From a virus, in the IMG/VR virus record IMGVR_UViG_3300031566_003932: a stretch of DNA of 64,000 nucleotides; one strand, 5' to 3'. The position numbers and the translations under genes are program-made. Shown here piece after piece: positions 25,906 to 34,848 of the stretch (the stretch's first letter is position 1; every line of letters begins with the position of its first letter). The notes beneath the pieces were generated by a model. It saw nothing but the letters and a program-made list of their open reading frames with translations. It ran no database searches and was not told the origin of the DNA.

Positions 25906-26780
25906 TACCCCTCAAGCTCGATCTTGCCTTTAAAATGGTCACTATAGGGTTTGTTGCACATAGCTAATGGTGTTTCTTCATTCATGATCATTACGCTATG
26001 AACTTCTGTTACGAAATCACTGGTCACAAAGAATAAGAGCTTTGTGTTTGTATCCCACCACGAATTGACAAGCGCCATATCGGAGGCAGTAACCCAGTTG
26101 TTTTGAAAAGAAATCTTTTCATAATCATACCATTTATAGACCCGGAACCTGCCCGACTTCGCGCGGGTTTCCGTCCGTACCTGTTTCTCGCCCTTGGAGT
26201 AATCCCATTCGGGATTAAGGGTTACGGTTTCGGACATCGCTATCCCGAGGTCATAAGCTACAGTTACATTAGGATCACGGACAAACATAAGTGAGTCCAG
26301 ATAAACCGAGAAATCGGTCGTATTATCCGTAATCTCATTGATAGTAAAACGAAGGAAGGATATGGCTGACCAATCTATTGTTCCTGTACTCCAATCAGGA
26401 TCATCAAGATCAAACTTTAAAAGATTCCATCCCACTGAAAGATCGGTTTTTGGCATCCCAACATAAGCCCGGTTATCAACATCACTTCCCCATTGCAAAA
26501 TCACACAATTCCCAGTAGCATTTAAATAATCCAGGATCGTAAAATAGACCCATAAATAAAGCCAGTCATGTTGATACTGAGTCAAATCACCCTGAGCTTG
26601 AGTATTAGTCCAATACGCATTATCTGTCTCCGATAAACTAGCATCAATCCCTAATTTTGCCGAATGAGACCCCTCCTTGACAATACTCGTTTCATCAATC
26701 GGGTTTAAACCATCATTAGCTTCCACCCAATCAGTTATCGTTGACGTATCACCGCAATCATCCAGCATTATTATATTCAT
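25902..26780 (-). CDS. Distal tail-like protein with N-terminal putative carbohydrate-binding domain
   Basis: Directly after TMP; Trp-rich beta N-terminus GWNLLKFDL...IDWSAI. Confidence 0.5.
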   Translation of the reverse strand: MNIIMLDDCGDTSTITDWVEANDGLNPIDETSIVKEGSHSAKLGIDASLSETDNAYWTNTQAQGDLTQYQHDWLYLWVYFTILDYLNATGNCVILQWGSDVDNRAYVGMPKTDLSVGWNLLKFDLDDPDWSTGTIDWSAISFLRFTINEITDNTTDFSVYLDSLMFVRDPNVTVAYDLGIAMSETVTLNPEWDYSKGEKQVRTETRAKSGRFRVYKWYDYEKISFQNNWVTASDMALVNSWWDTNTKLLFFVTSDFVTEVHSVMIMNEETPLAMCNKPYSDHFKGKIELEGY

Positions 26781-28942
26781 GGAGTGATACCTGCGAACTT
26801 TAGGTTACGGAGGGCTGGCACAATCTTATCTTCACAGATATTTTGCCAATCGCGTCGGCTCATTTGTAAGAGGCTTTCCACATTGCCGGCATTAGGAAGT
26901 ATCTCATTATGTACATTCAGATTTTCCACTGTTATGCCTTCCCGTTCTCTTGCCAGATATTGCGTCAAATCTCTGTTCTGAGGTTCCGAAATCACGCGCT
27001 CATTTCTTGCAAGGAAATAATATTGCTCCTTTGGTACCCGCTCAAGCCCCCCGTGAGCTGCCCCACCTATGGCCATACCTGCCATTTTTGCACCTGCGGA
27101 ACCGGCCAGCATTGCCGCTGTGCTTGCTGCCGCTATACCCGGAGCGAGGGCAGGGCCTATGATGGGGATCGCCGCCGTTGCTGCGAATGCAGAGGCATAG
27201 GTCTGTTGAGTCAATTGCCCCATGCGGGCGATTTGTTCTGTGACACCCGTTGATAGATTCAACATGGCCAGCACAACTCGCTTGACCCCGATCCCGACAA
27301 GAGTGGCAACCACCATTTCAGCAGTGCCTCTCAACAAATCCTTTAAGGCATCGGCAAGATTCTCACTCTCAAAGATAGCCTGGCCAACTGCATTCCCGAT
27401 GCCGGCTGTCACCTTATCAAAGACATTCGTTATCAGCTCGCCCGTTTGCTCGGCAAAAGTCTTTGTCTGCTCGGCCATTTGCTCTAGCCAAGTCCATTCA
27501 TCTTCAAGCTGCTTATCCTTGAGATCTTCCCGTTTGGCCTGATACACCATTTCAAGCTCATTCAAGAGTTTTTGGTTTCCTTCGAAAAGCTCACGTTGCT
27601 TGTCATACCAGATCGTGAGGCGTTGCTCCTCGGTCATATAATATCCGGCCCACATGTCATGAAGAGCCTTTATTGCGTTCTTTTGGGCATCGGTTAAATC
27701 GTTGATATTCTTTTTCGTGGTTTCGGTGTTCTCGGTGTCAAAGGGTGGTATGCCGTTTGTTTTGGCCAGGCCCCGTAATTCCTCAATGGCTTTCCTGATC
27801 TTGGCTGTGAAATCCGTTACCTGATGAATGGCAAGGGGCTCATCTATCAACTTACTCAGGGCATTCTTAGCACGATTCGATGACATTTCAAGGTTGGCCA
27901 TCGCCACTTCGCTCTGATTGCTGAAAGCGATAAGCCTCTCAATGATCGAATCAAATTGACCCTCAAAGTTGATCTTATCCATGAGGGTGGCCATGCTGTC
28001 AGTCAGTTTGGCAAAGCCCTTATGAAGAAGCTGCATAAATTCAAGAAAGGCTATTTTGAGAATTTGCCATATCATCTTGAGCCCGCGCCAGGAATCGATC
28101 ATTCCAGCTATTCCGTAAGCTGCGATAGTAGCCATTTTACCGATAGCAGAAACAAAGCTCTCGGCGTAATTCAGGATTTCGTCTTTGTTTTCCCGAATAT
28201 GTTTGATAATTCTCTTCCCGGCCTCTGCCGCTATGCCTGCCCACTCGCTGAAAAGTGGAATGATAGCCTGTCCGATCTGCGTCTTGATGCCTGTCAGAAC
28301 ACGGTGGACCCGGAGCATATTGTCTTTGAATTCTGCGGCTTGATCTGCACTTATCTTATCAAAGGTGATACCGAGGGCCTTGGCCTCATCGGTCATTTTG
28401 CGGAGACCTTCGGCACCTTGCTTCATAAGGGGCAAGAGCTGAGTCCCTGCCCGCCCGAAAAGGTCTTGAGCAAGGGCCACCCGCTTTGTGTTGTCCTCCA
28501 TGTTGGCAAGACCTTGCGAGGCCTCCATGACCATAGTGTCGAGGTCTTTCAGGCTGCCATCTGCATTCTTGACATTGATTCCGAGGTCTTCAAAAGATCG
28601 CTTAGCTTCGGCAAGACCGTCATCGGCATCGCTCATGCGTTTAGCCAGAGTTCTGACGCCCTTTTCCAGGCTTTCAATACTTGACCCGGAGAGTTCAATC
28701 GCATGCTTCATGCCGGAGAGTAGCTCGGTAGAGAGCCCTAAGCGGAGACTCATCTTCTGGAATTCATCCCCGGCCTTGGCCGTGCTATTGGCAATGGCAA
28801 AGAGACCGGTGCCGAGGCCCGCAACTGCCGCGCCCGCGCCTATGGCAAGGGTCTTGACACTCGGAAGCATCCCGCGCAAAGACTTCATTGTCTTTGAGAA
28901 CTGGTCTTTTGCGTGGATTATTATTTCAAGTTTTTCCGACAT
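26777..28942 (-). CDS. Tape measure protein
   Basis: 721 aa, Ala/Gly-rich helical; AQDLFGRAGTQLLPLM; follows chaperones. Confidence 0.9.
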   Translation of the reverse strand: MSEKLEIIIHAKDQFSKTMKSLRGMLPSVKTLAIGAGAAVAGLGTGLFAIANSTAKAGDEFQKMSLRLGLSTELLSGMKHAIELSGSSIESLEKGVRTLAKRMSDADDGLAEAKRSFEDLGINVKNADGSLKDLDTMVMEASQGLANMEDNTKRVALAQDLFGRAGTQLLPLMKQGAEGLRKMTDEAKALGITFDKISADQAAEFKDNMLRVHRVLTGIKTQIGQAIIPLFSEWAGIAAEAGKRIIKHIRENKDEILNYAESFVSAIGKMATIAAYGIAGMIDSWRGLKMIWQILKIAFLEFMQLLHKGFAKLTDSMATLMDKINFEGQFDSIIERLIAFSNQSEVAMANLEMSSNRAKNALSKLIDEPLAIHQVTDFTAKIRKAIEELRGLAKTNGIPPFDTENTETTKKNINDLTDAQKNAIKALHDMWAGYYMTEEQRLTIWYDKQRELFEGNQKLLNELEMVYQAKREDLKDKQLEDEWTWLEQMAEQTKTFAEQTGELITNVFDKVTAGIGNAVGQAIFESENLADALKDLLRGTAEMVVATLVGIGVKRVVLAMLNLSTGVTEQIARMGQLTQQTYASAFAATAAIPIIGPALAPGIAAASTAAMLAGSAGAKMAGMAIGGAAHGGLERVPKEQYYFLARNERVISEPQNRDLTQYLAREREGITVENLNVHNEILPNAGNVESLLQMSRRDWQNICEDKIVPALRNLKFAGITP

Positions 28943-29560
28943 TTTGTTGCCTTATCTTCACCCATTCATCCCGGCAAATATCGAATATCTGGACAATGAT
29001 GTTGAATTGCTCCAAAACCCCTCCGGGATCTGGCCATTCAGTTCGCCTGTAAACACCGTCACTGTGTAACTCATGGCAGTGATAAAAGAGATCCAGCCAA
29101 AGTGAGGCGGGCCATCCGGCTATCAGAGCCTCTATCGATCGGTCCCGGCCTGCTCTTCCATAGAACCAGATAGCCCGCCCGAGTTTTTTGCCTCTCCTGA
29201 ATCAAGTGCCGAGATCGAAGCAATTTGAGTAATAATTGCAAGGGTAAGAGGGAGCAATGCGGGTTCTTCTGACAAATCCTCAAACGTGGGCGGTTTGCCA
29301 TTGATCGTAATGCCCGTAATATTCCGCACATGATTAGGAAATAAATGTTCTGCCAAGCCCTGCAATTCAAATGCCTTATCTGCGAGTTTCCCGATTTCTT
29401 CCTTGTTCATGCTCTTCTTGATAGTGGGCATTTTCTCTGTCAGGAATGGTTGAATCGCCATCATAGCCTTTCTTTTAAAAGGCCGGATCTCCATTGAAAT
29501 CTTCTCACCTCGCAGCTCGGTCTCAAATGCCTGCCAGTCTATGATTAATTCCAGCGCCAT
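28926..29560 (-). CDS. Tail assembly chaperone G (29132-29560) and GT via -1 frameshift at A-AAA-AAC (29189-29183)
   Basis: X-XXY-YYZ heptamer; -1 frame open to 28926 and encodes WPDPGGVLEQ. Confidence 0.8.
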
Positions 29561-29567
29561 AATCCTC

Positions 29568-30539
29568 CTAATATGTTGATAAAGTGTTGACCAGAGTACA
29601 CAGCATCGCACCTAGCGATGTCACTTTATACTCTGCGTGAGCCGTGAATGCCGCTTCTATAATTCCGGGACCTCCGATATTCACCGGAAACGTGTCATAA
29701 ACAACCTGGGGCAGACTAATTTCTAGTTCCGTATCGTATCCCGAGCCGCACTTCTGCCCTGCCACCGTAATGACAAACGCTTGTGCAGTTGCGGAGGTAC
29801 AAATGTCAAATTGAGTATCATCAATAAAGAGCATTGTACCGGCTATTTCAATCCGTCTTTTGCCCTCCCGTAAGATCCGGCTCGCGGTTTTAACGCCATC
29901 GATCATGCCTCTAACAGCGAGATTATTGTTCATCGTAATTGTGATATTCGAAAGCTCATCAATCGCATTACCACCTATTTGTATGCTTACCTGATCCCAA
30001 GCCCATTCGGAGCCAACTTCATATGAGGCCCCTGTTTTCGCAACCTTTGCATACTTGCCGCCAAGTAAACCGGCGGTGGCTTTTATCATCGTGCCGCGAG
30101 CGATTTCTATGGTCAGCGTATTAAGCAGCATGTCATGGTATTGATGGGCGCTACCTGCAGCCCGGTATACCTCGACCGTCATCGGCGGGACTGCTGCAAA
30201 AACATCGAAGTCTCCGGGGTCTGGCCAAAAGACATGACTATAATGTGAGGCTACCGCGGTGGCTGCATAAGACGCTACACCGGTCCACGCCTTCAGGAAT
30301 TTACCGATCAATACCGGATGAACCGGCACCACGACATCGCCCGCAATTTCATGAACTCCCTCATACGTGGGAACTTCATCGATATGCCCCGCTGCCATAC
30401 CTTCATTGGGAAGTCTTTGAATATTTTCCGCTAGGGTCTCACTGATAAGCGGAAAATAATGAAATGAACTAATATTTGCCGTGCCAAAGGAAGTCTGCAT
30501 AGCAATTCCTATATGGCCTAGCATTCCGTATGCTGTCAT
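29568..30539 (-). CDS. Major tail tube protein
   Basis: Beta-rich 323 aa before chaperone and TMP; no sheath gene. Confidence 0.8.
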   Translation of the reverse strand: MTAYGMLGHIGIAMQTSFGTANISSFHYFPLISETLAENIQRLPNEGMAAGHIDEVPTYEGVHEIAGDVVVPVHPVLIGKFLKAWTGVASYAATAVASHYSHVFWPDPGDFDVFAAVPPMTVEVYRAAGSAHQYHDMLLNTLTIEIARGTMIKATAGLLGGKYAKVAKTGASYEVGSEWAWDQVSIQIGGNAIDELSNITITMNNNLAVRGMIDGVKTASRILREGKRRIEIAGTMLFIDDTQFDICTSATAQAFVITVAGQKCGSGYDTELEISLPQVVYDTFPVNIGGPGIIEAAFTAHAEYKVTSLGAMLCTLVNTLSTY

Positions 30540-30727
30540 TGTTCTTCACCTCCAGTCTCAGGTGGTTTGTCTTTTTGTGTTTCGGTTTTCTTTGGATGCA
30601 CTCGTTGGGCACGTCCTTGTCTGACATACTCCTCACCCAATTCCTTCTCAACGTCCTTAATCATTCCGCTGATCATCAGACCGAGCTTCGGGACGTATCT
30701 TTCCCCCTCAATCCATTCTATTTTCAT
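30536..30727 (-). CDS. Small hypothetical virion-module protein
   Basis: Coupled ORF. Confidence 0.5.
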   Translation of the reverse strand: MKIEWIEGERYVPKLGLMISGMIKDVEKELGEEYVRQGRAQRVHPKKTETQKDKPPETGGEEQ

Positions 30728-31158
30728 GCTCTCACCTCTGTTTTAATCGTTATGATTGCGGCATGGAAATATATCTGTGCCTCCTCATCTTCATTATATT
30801 CATACTTGACCTCATAGCCCATAGTCATGCTTACGGTGCCATTGAGGTTTTTATTGGCCGTGAGTACGTCCATGATCTCTTCTTCCGCATCCTGCAAGCG
30901 GTCCTCTGCATCGGCCCCGCTCAGAAGGCTCGCCGCCTGGATCTCCACCATGAGGGAAGGATGAGCCAGCCAGGGTGTTGAGCCTGTCGTATATGCATCA
31001 TAATCCAGACCCCCCCGATAAATGCCGATCCACCCTTTACCCCGGGCTGCAATGTTCGGATCCTCGTTGCGTTTCGGATTCCGCTCGATGATATAATCCG
31101 AGAGGTTATCATCCAGGATTGTCTTGACGGCCTTGGTTATATCCTTCATGTTGATCAT
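30724..31158 (-). CDS. Tail completion/terminator-like protein
   Basis: Position, size and acidic beta-rich sequence. Confidence 0.55.
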   Translation of the reverse strand: MINMKDITKAVKTILDDNLSDYIIERNPKRNEDPNIAARGKGWIGIYRGGLDYDAYTTGSTPWLAHPSLMVEIQAASLLSGADAEDRLQDAEEEIMDVLTANKNLNGTVSMTMGYEVKYEYNEDEEAQIYFHAAIITIKTEVRA

Positions 31159-31613
31159 TTCAGAATCTTCCTTACAAATTTTTCATAGAGTTTCTTTATC
31201 TCCGGGCCGATCTGTTTTTGAGTCGGAAGTATCCGGCGAACCGGTAGGTTATCCTTGCCGAAATGGTGCTTGTAGGCATAATCCACACCGGCTTGAATCT
31301 TGGCAACCCAGGGGTCCCAGAAGTGCTTCCACCTGCTCCGCATGGTTCCCGTATCTTGCAGGATCATTATCTTACCCGTTTTCTTCGGACCCTTGCGCCT
31401 CAACATAATTGTCATAGGTGAAAGTTCCTTCCACCCGGTGCCCGGGTGGGCGAGCTTGCCCTGTGACTGGAAATTCTTTTGAATCCACCTATCCGTCACG
31501 GCGATTGCCTGAGCATTTACGGCACGCCTATTATTTAACTGCTGTATTCTGGAATCCAGGTGGTGCTGTAATTGTTTAATTCCGATCATCGTAAACGATG
31601 CAAGTCTAGACAT
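31155..31613 (-). CDS. Mu gpG-like virion morphogenesis protein
   Basis: ILQDTGTMR, YAYKHHFG, LPVRRIL. Confidence 0.8.
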   Translation of the reverse strand: MSRLASFTMIGIKQLQHHLDSRIQQLNNRRAVNAQAIAVTDRWIQKNFQSQGKLAHPGTGWKELSPMTIMLRRKGPKKTGKIMILQDTGTMRSRWKHFWDPWVAKIQAGVDYAYKHHFGKDNLPVRRILPTQKQIGPEIKKLYEKFVRKILK

Positions 31614-32071
31614 TAAGTTCTCTCATCCTCCAAGGCTTCCAGGAGCCCGGAACTGACTCGCGTGAAAGCGTTTTCCGCTCCGAGCATAGTATGTACCGGG
31701 TGATAATCTTCCAGGTTTGACCAGATTTGTGCGGTCTGTGCCGATGGTGCGATTGTGGTTCCTGACCCAGTGTAAATGTATTCCTTGCCGCCCTTGATAT
31801 CGTCAATCCGGCCTATCACCACATTATGGATTTCTTTAGCGCTTTTCGGAATCCGTGTCTTGAGCGCATTGTAGTATGTCAGATCAATGGCCAGATCCTT
31901 AATCGTGGGGTGCGAGGCCGAGAAGGGAACGGAGAAATGCGAAGCAAGCCGGCCATTTAACTCCATCTCTGCATAGTATATCAAATCGCTGCTGACTTCA
32001 ATCTCAGTCTTGGCCCAGGTCTTGATTATGGGATATCTGATAATGACTTCTTCATAGTCGGTATAAGACAT
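31613..32071 (-). CDS. Head-tail adaptor (Mu gp36/DUF1320-like)
   Basis: AEMELNGRLASHFSVPF...IKDLAIDL. Confidence 0.7.
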   Translation of the reverse strand: MSYTDYEEVIIRYPIIKTWAKTEIEVSSDLIYYAEMELNGRLASHFSVPFSASHPTIKDLAIDLTYYNALKTRIPKSAKEIHNVVIGRIDDIKGGKEYIYTGSGTTIAPSAQTAQIWSNLEDYHPVHTMLGAENAFTRVSSGLLEALEDERT

Positions 32072-32080
32072 TTCGCACCT

Positions 32081-32434
32081 CTAACTTGTATCCAGGCTTT
32101 TGGTGATATGCACCTCTGCCTTGTCTTCCGGTTTTGCGGGTACGGTAAACTTGCCGCCTGATTCCGGGGAAATCTCGAATTCGATGTAATATTTGCCTAT
32201 GGTATCGGTATCTCCCGACTGCCAGGCATATTGAAATTTCCCGGTTGTGGCTGGCGTGATACTGATTCCCGTAGTTTGCCGGTTGATTTTGAGCGCCCCG
32301 GATTTGGCGTCTTTCATGGTACAATAGACGGTTGCTCCATCGATATCCACCACATCGCCTGCAGCATCCTTAACTTGACCGTAATAATAGGGCTGCAGGT
32401 CATTTTGTTTGATATAGACAGTTTCAATGCTCAT
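32081..32434 (-). CDS. BppU N-terminal-like Ig-fold virion protein
   Basis: IKQND...VDIDGATV...GKFQYAWQSGDTDTIGKYYIEFEI. Confidence 0.65.
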   Translation of the reverse strand: MSIETVYIKQNDLQPYYYGQVKDAAGDVVDIDGATVYCTMKDAKSGALKINRQTTGISITPATTGKFQYAWQSGDTDTIGKYYIEFEISPESGGKFTVPAKPEDKAEVHITKSLDTS

Positions 32435-32652
32435 GGCAGAAATTCTCTCCTATCAGTATCTTTCTCAAATATCCGCCGTGTTGTATCCTTATGAAATAGC
32501 CTGATATCTGTATCCTTTTCAAACACTCGCCTAGCTCCTTCAATCTCGATTGCCACGGCTGTATAGGTTCCATATTCCGGCCAAAAATCCTCGGCCCAGA
32601 AATTATCAGGCCAGAACTGCGAAGGCCAAAAGCCAGCGGGCAATAAGGCCAT
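32431..32652 (-). CDS. Small protein with FWP-like x4 and FxKDT x3 repeats
   Basis: Direct reading of translation. Confidence 0.55.
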   Translation of the reverse strand: MALLPAGFWPSQFWPDNFWAEDFWPEYGTYTAVAIEIEGARRVFEKDTDIRLFHKDTTRRIFEKDTDRREFLP

Positions 32653-34847
32653 TAGCTGCCATCCAATGTATTGACGGCGGTACGGTTGCCATCCGAATCC
32701 ACAGTTACAATTAACCGACTCTTTGTATCATCTATACTTCGGAAATGCAGAGTTGCGCTACCGCCCCCGCTCGTGATTCCGGTGAGCATGGCCATATCAA
32801 TCCGCTGTTTTTCAATAAACGGATATCCGCTTTCAATTTCCGTATAGAAAAGACTGCTTACCCGTACATCCGCCGAAGTTATGGCATTCATGACCGTTTG
32901 CGAAGTCGGAAGCGTAAGGATATGCGCGTTCAAATTTTGACTCGTCGGCAATGTAACAACATGAGCCTGTAACGTCAGACTTGACGGAAGTGTAGCGATC
33001 AGACTGGCCAATGCGCTGGAACTGGGTATAGATCCACTCGCCGGAAGTGTGCTGATTTGTGCTTCAAGTGTCTCGGACGTAGGCAAGGTAGCGATCAGAT
33101 CCGCTAAAGCACTGGAACTGGGCAAGCTGCCTGATAGCGGTAATGTCACAATATGAGCATTGAGCGTTTCAGACGTGGGCAAAGTCACCATGTGCGCTTT
33201 AAGTGTCAGACTTGTCGGTAAAGTAATGATATGAGCGTTCAAGGCCAAGCTTGTCGGCAAGGTACTGATTTGAGCCTGTAAGGTCAAAGAATTCGGAAGT
33301 GTGGCAATCAAGTCGGCAAGCGTGGAACTATTCGGCAATGAGCCGCTTATGGGTAATGTGACGATGTGCGCGTTTAGAGTTTCGCTAGTCGGAAGCGTGA
33401 CAGCATGTCCTTGCAACGTGAGACTAGTCGGGAGTGTCACAATGTGAGCATTCAAGGTCAAGCTCGTAGGCAGCGTATCAATATGCGCTTTCAAATTCTC
33501 TGAACTTGGTAGATAACCAAGGAACGCATCATAACAGGCCGATTGCACTTCACTTGCAGAGGCCCCGCCCCCGGCTACCCCCTCGCTGATACCTTGCAGG
33601 GAATCATCGGAACTGACGAAAGCCGACATATTGCCACCTGCCGCCATGAGTAAGGAAAGAACGCTGAAATCTGCTACTTCCGCCGTGAGATCCGAACTAT
33701 CCGCAACCACCGTTTTCATAAGGTGATTTAGATTGAAATCATCTACCACCTGAGCGCATGCGCTTTGTACTTCGGCTGTAGAGGCTCCCCCGCCTGCCGC
33801 ACCTTCAGCAATGGCTTGTAAAGCATCATCGCTGCTTACAAATGCGCTGACATCTCCCCCAGCCGCGATCATGAGGCCCAAAACGCTGAAATCCGCAACC
33901 TCAGTTGTCAAATCGCTACTGTCCGCCACAACCGTTTTCATTAGGTGATCGAGGTTGATATTAGAGAGGGCGACGCCTGCAATGATTCCGACCGCCTCAG
34001 AGTTGGGCAAGGTTATGATGTGAGCATTTACTGTTTCACTGGTTGGCAACGTGATAATATGTGCGTTTAGAGTCTCGCTGTTTGGCAAAAGTCCGATTTG
34101 CCCATTAAGCGTTTCAGAATTCGGAAGCGTATCGATCCATCCCTTGACAGTAAGGCTGTTCGGGAGATCGGCAACCATTCCGCTTGTAGGGCTTATCCCG
34201 AACCAGGCATCCACCTGCAGGCTGCTTGGCAAGTCAGCTACATGCCCAGAGAGCGGTAAAGTCAAAATGTGAGCATTTAGAACTTCACTACTTGGAAGCG
34301 TTAAGATATGAGCGTTGAGCGTTTCGCTATTCGGCAAATCTGCCACATGGCCCGAAAGTGGCAAAGTAACGATATGATCATTCAAGACGCTACTCGTGGG
34401 GAGCGTAATTATGTGCGCGTTGAGTGCTTCGGACGTTGCCAGGGTGAGAATATGAGCGTTGAGCGTTTCCGAATTTGGCAGAACACTGGCCAGAGCCCAG
34501 GGGTAATCATCATATTTGCTGTGCCAGAATGCCGAAGTGACCACCGCCACAGTGTCAAAATATGGGAGGCACTTACTGTCATCTTGAATAGCGATGCCCA
34601 TATCGCCATAAGTATCCATATTTGAGTTTGTGAGCGTGAGATTATAATGGCCATCCATGCTCTCGATTGCCGCCCAGCTATTCGCCGAGATACTTACAGG
34701 TGTCACATTTCCATATTTTCTAATGGCCTTTTCATCGGCCCCCGAAAGCGTCAAATCCGTTACCGGTGTCAGACCGTCTGAATTACTCACAATCGGCCCT
34801 ACTGGAAATGTAATTATAGTTTTGCCGATTAATTCTTTTTTGCTCAT
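32652..34847 (-). CDS. 731-aa Ser/Thr-rich repeat protein (putative virion fibre)
   Basis: About 30 units of LPxSxxLxAHIxT (with 6- and 9-aa variants) and two ~60-aa repeats. Confidence 0.8.
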   Translation of the reverse strand: MSKKELIGKTIITFPVGPIVSNSDGLTPVTDLTLSGADEKAIRKYGNVTPVSISANSWAAIESMDGHYNLTLTNSNMDTYGDMGIAIQDDSKCLPYFDTVAVVTSAFWHSKYDDYPWALASVLPNSETLNAHILTLATSEALNAHIITLPTSSVLNDHIVTLPLSGHVADLPNSETLNAHILTLPSSEVLNAHILTLPLSGHVADLPSSLQVDAWFGISPTSGMVADLPNSLTVKGWIDTLPNSETLNGQIGLLPNSETLNAHIITLPTSETVNAHIITLPNSEAVGIIAGVALSNINLDHLMKTVVADSSDLTTEVADFSVLGLMIAAGGDVSAFVSSDDALQAIAEGAAGGGASTAEVQSACAQVVDDFNLNHLMKTVVADSSDLTAEVADFSVLSLLMAAGGNMSAFVSSDDSLQGISEGVAGGGASASEVQSACYDAFLGYLPSSENLKAHIDTLPTSLTLNAHIVTLPTSLTLQGHAVTLPTSETLNAHIVTLPISGSLPNSSTLADLIATLPNSLTLQAQISTLPTSLALNAHIITLPTSLTLKAHMVTLPTSETLNAHIVTLPLSGSLPSSSALADLIATLPTSETLEAQISTLPASGSIPSSSALASLIATLPSSLTLQAHVVTLPTSQNLNAHILTLPTSQTVMNAITSADVRVSSLFYTEIESGYPFIEKQRIDMAMLTGITSGGGSATLHFRSIDDTKSRLIVTVDSDGNRTAVNTLDGS

Positions 34848-34848
34848 C

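Noticed and set aside
27956-29069. Long plus-strand ORFs (242 and 193 aa)
   Set aside because: Antisense shadows of the tape measure gene
23893-32071. Contractile Mu-like tail or transposable phage
   Set aside because: No sheath, baseplate wedge or MuA/MuB genes despite Mu-like head genes
32890-34481. CRISPR array or DGR template/variable repeats
   Set aside because: Repeats are in-frame coding units with synonymous variation, no unique spacers, no A-specific mismatch pattern seen, and no reverse transcriptase or cas gene in the genome
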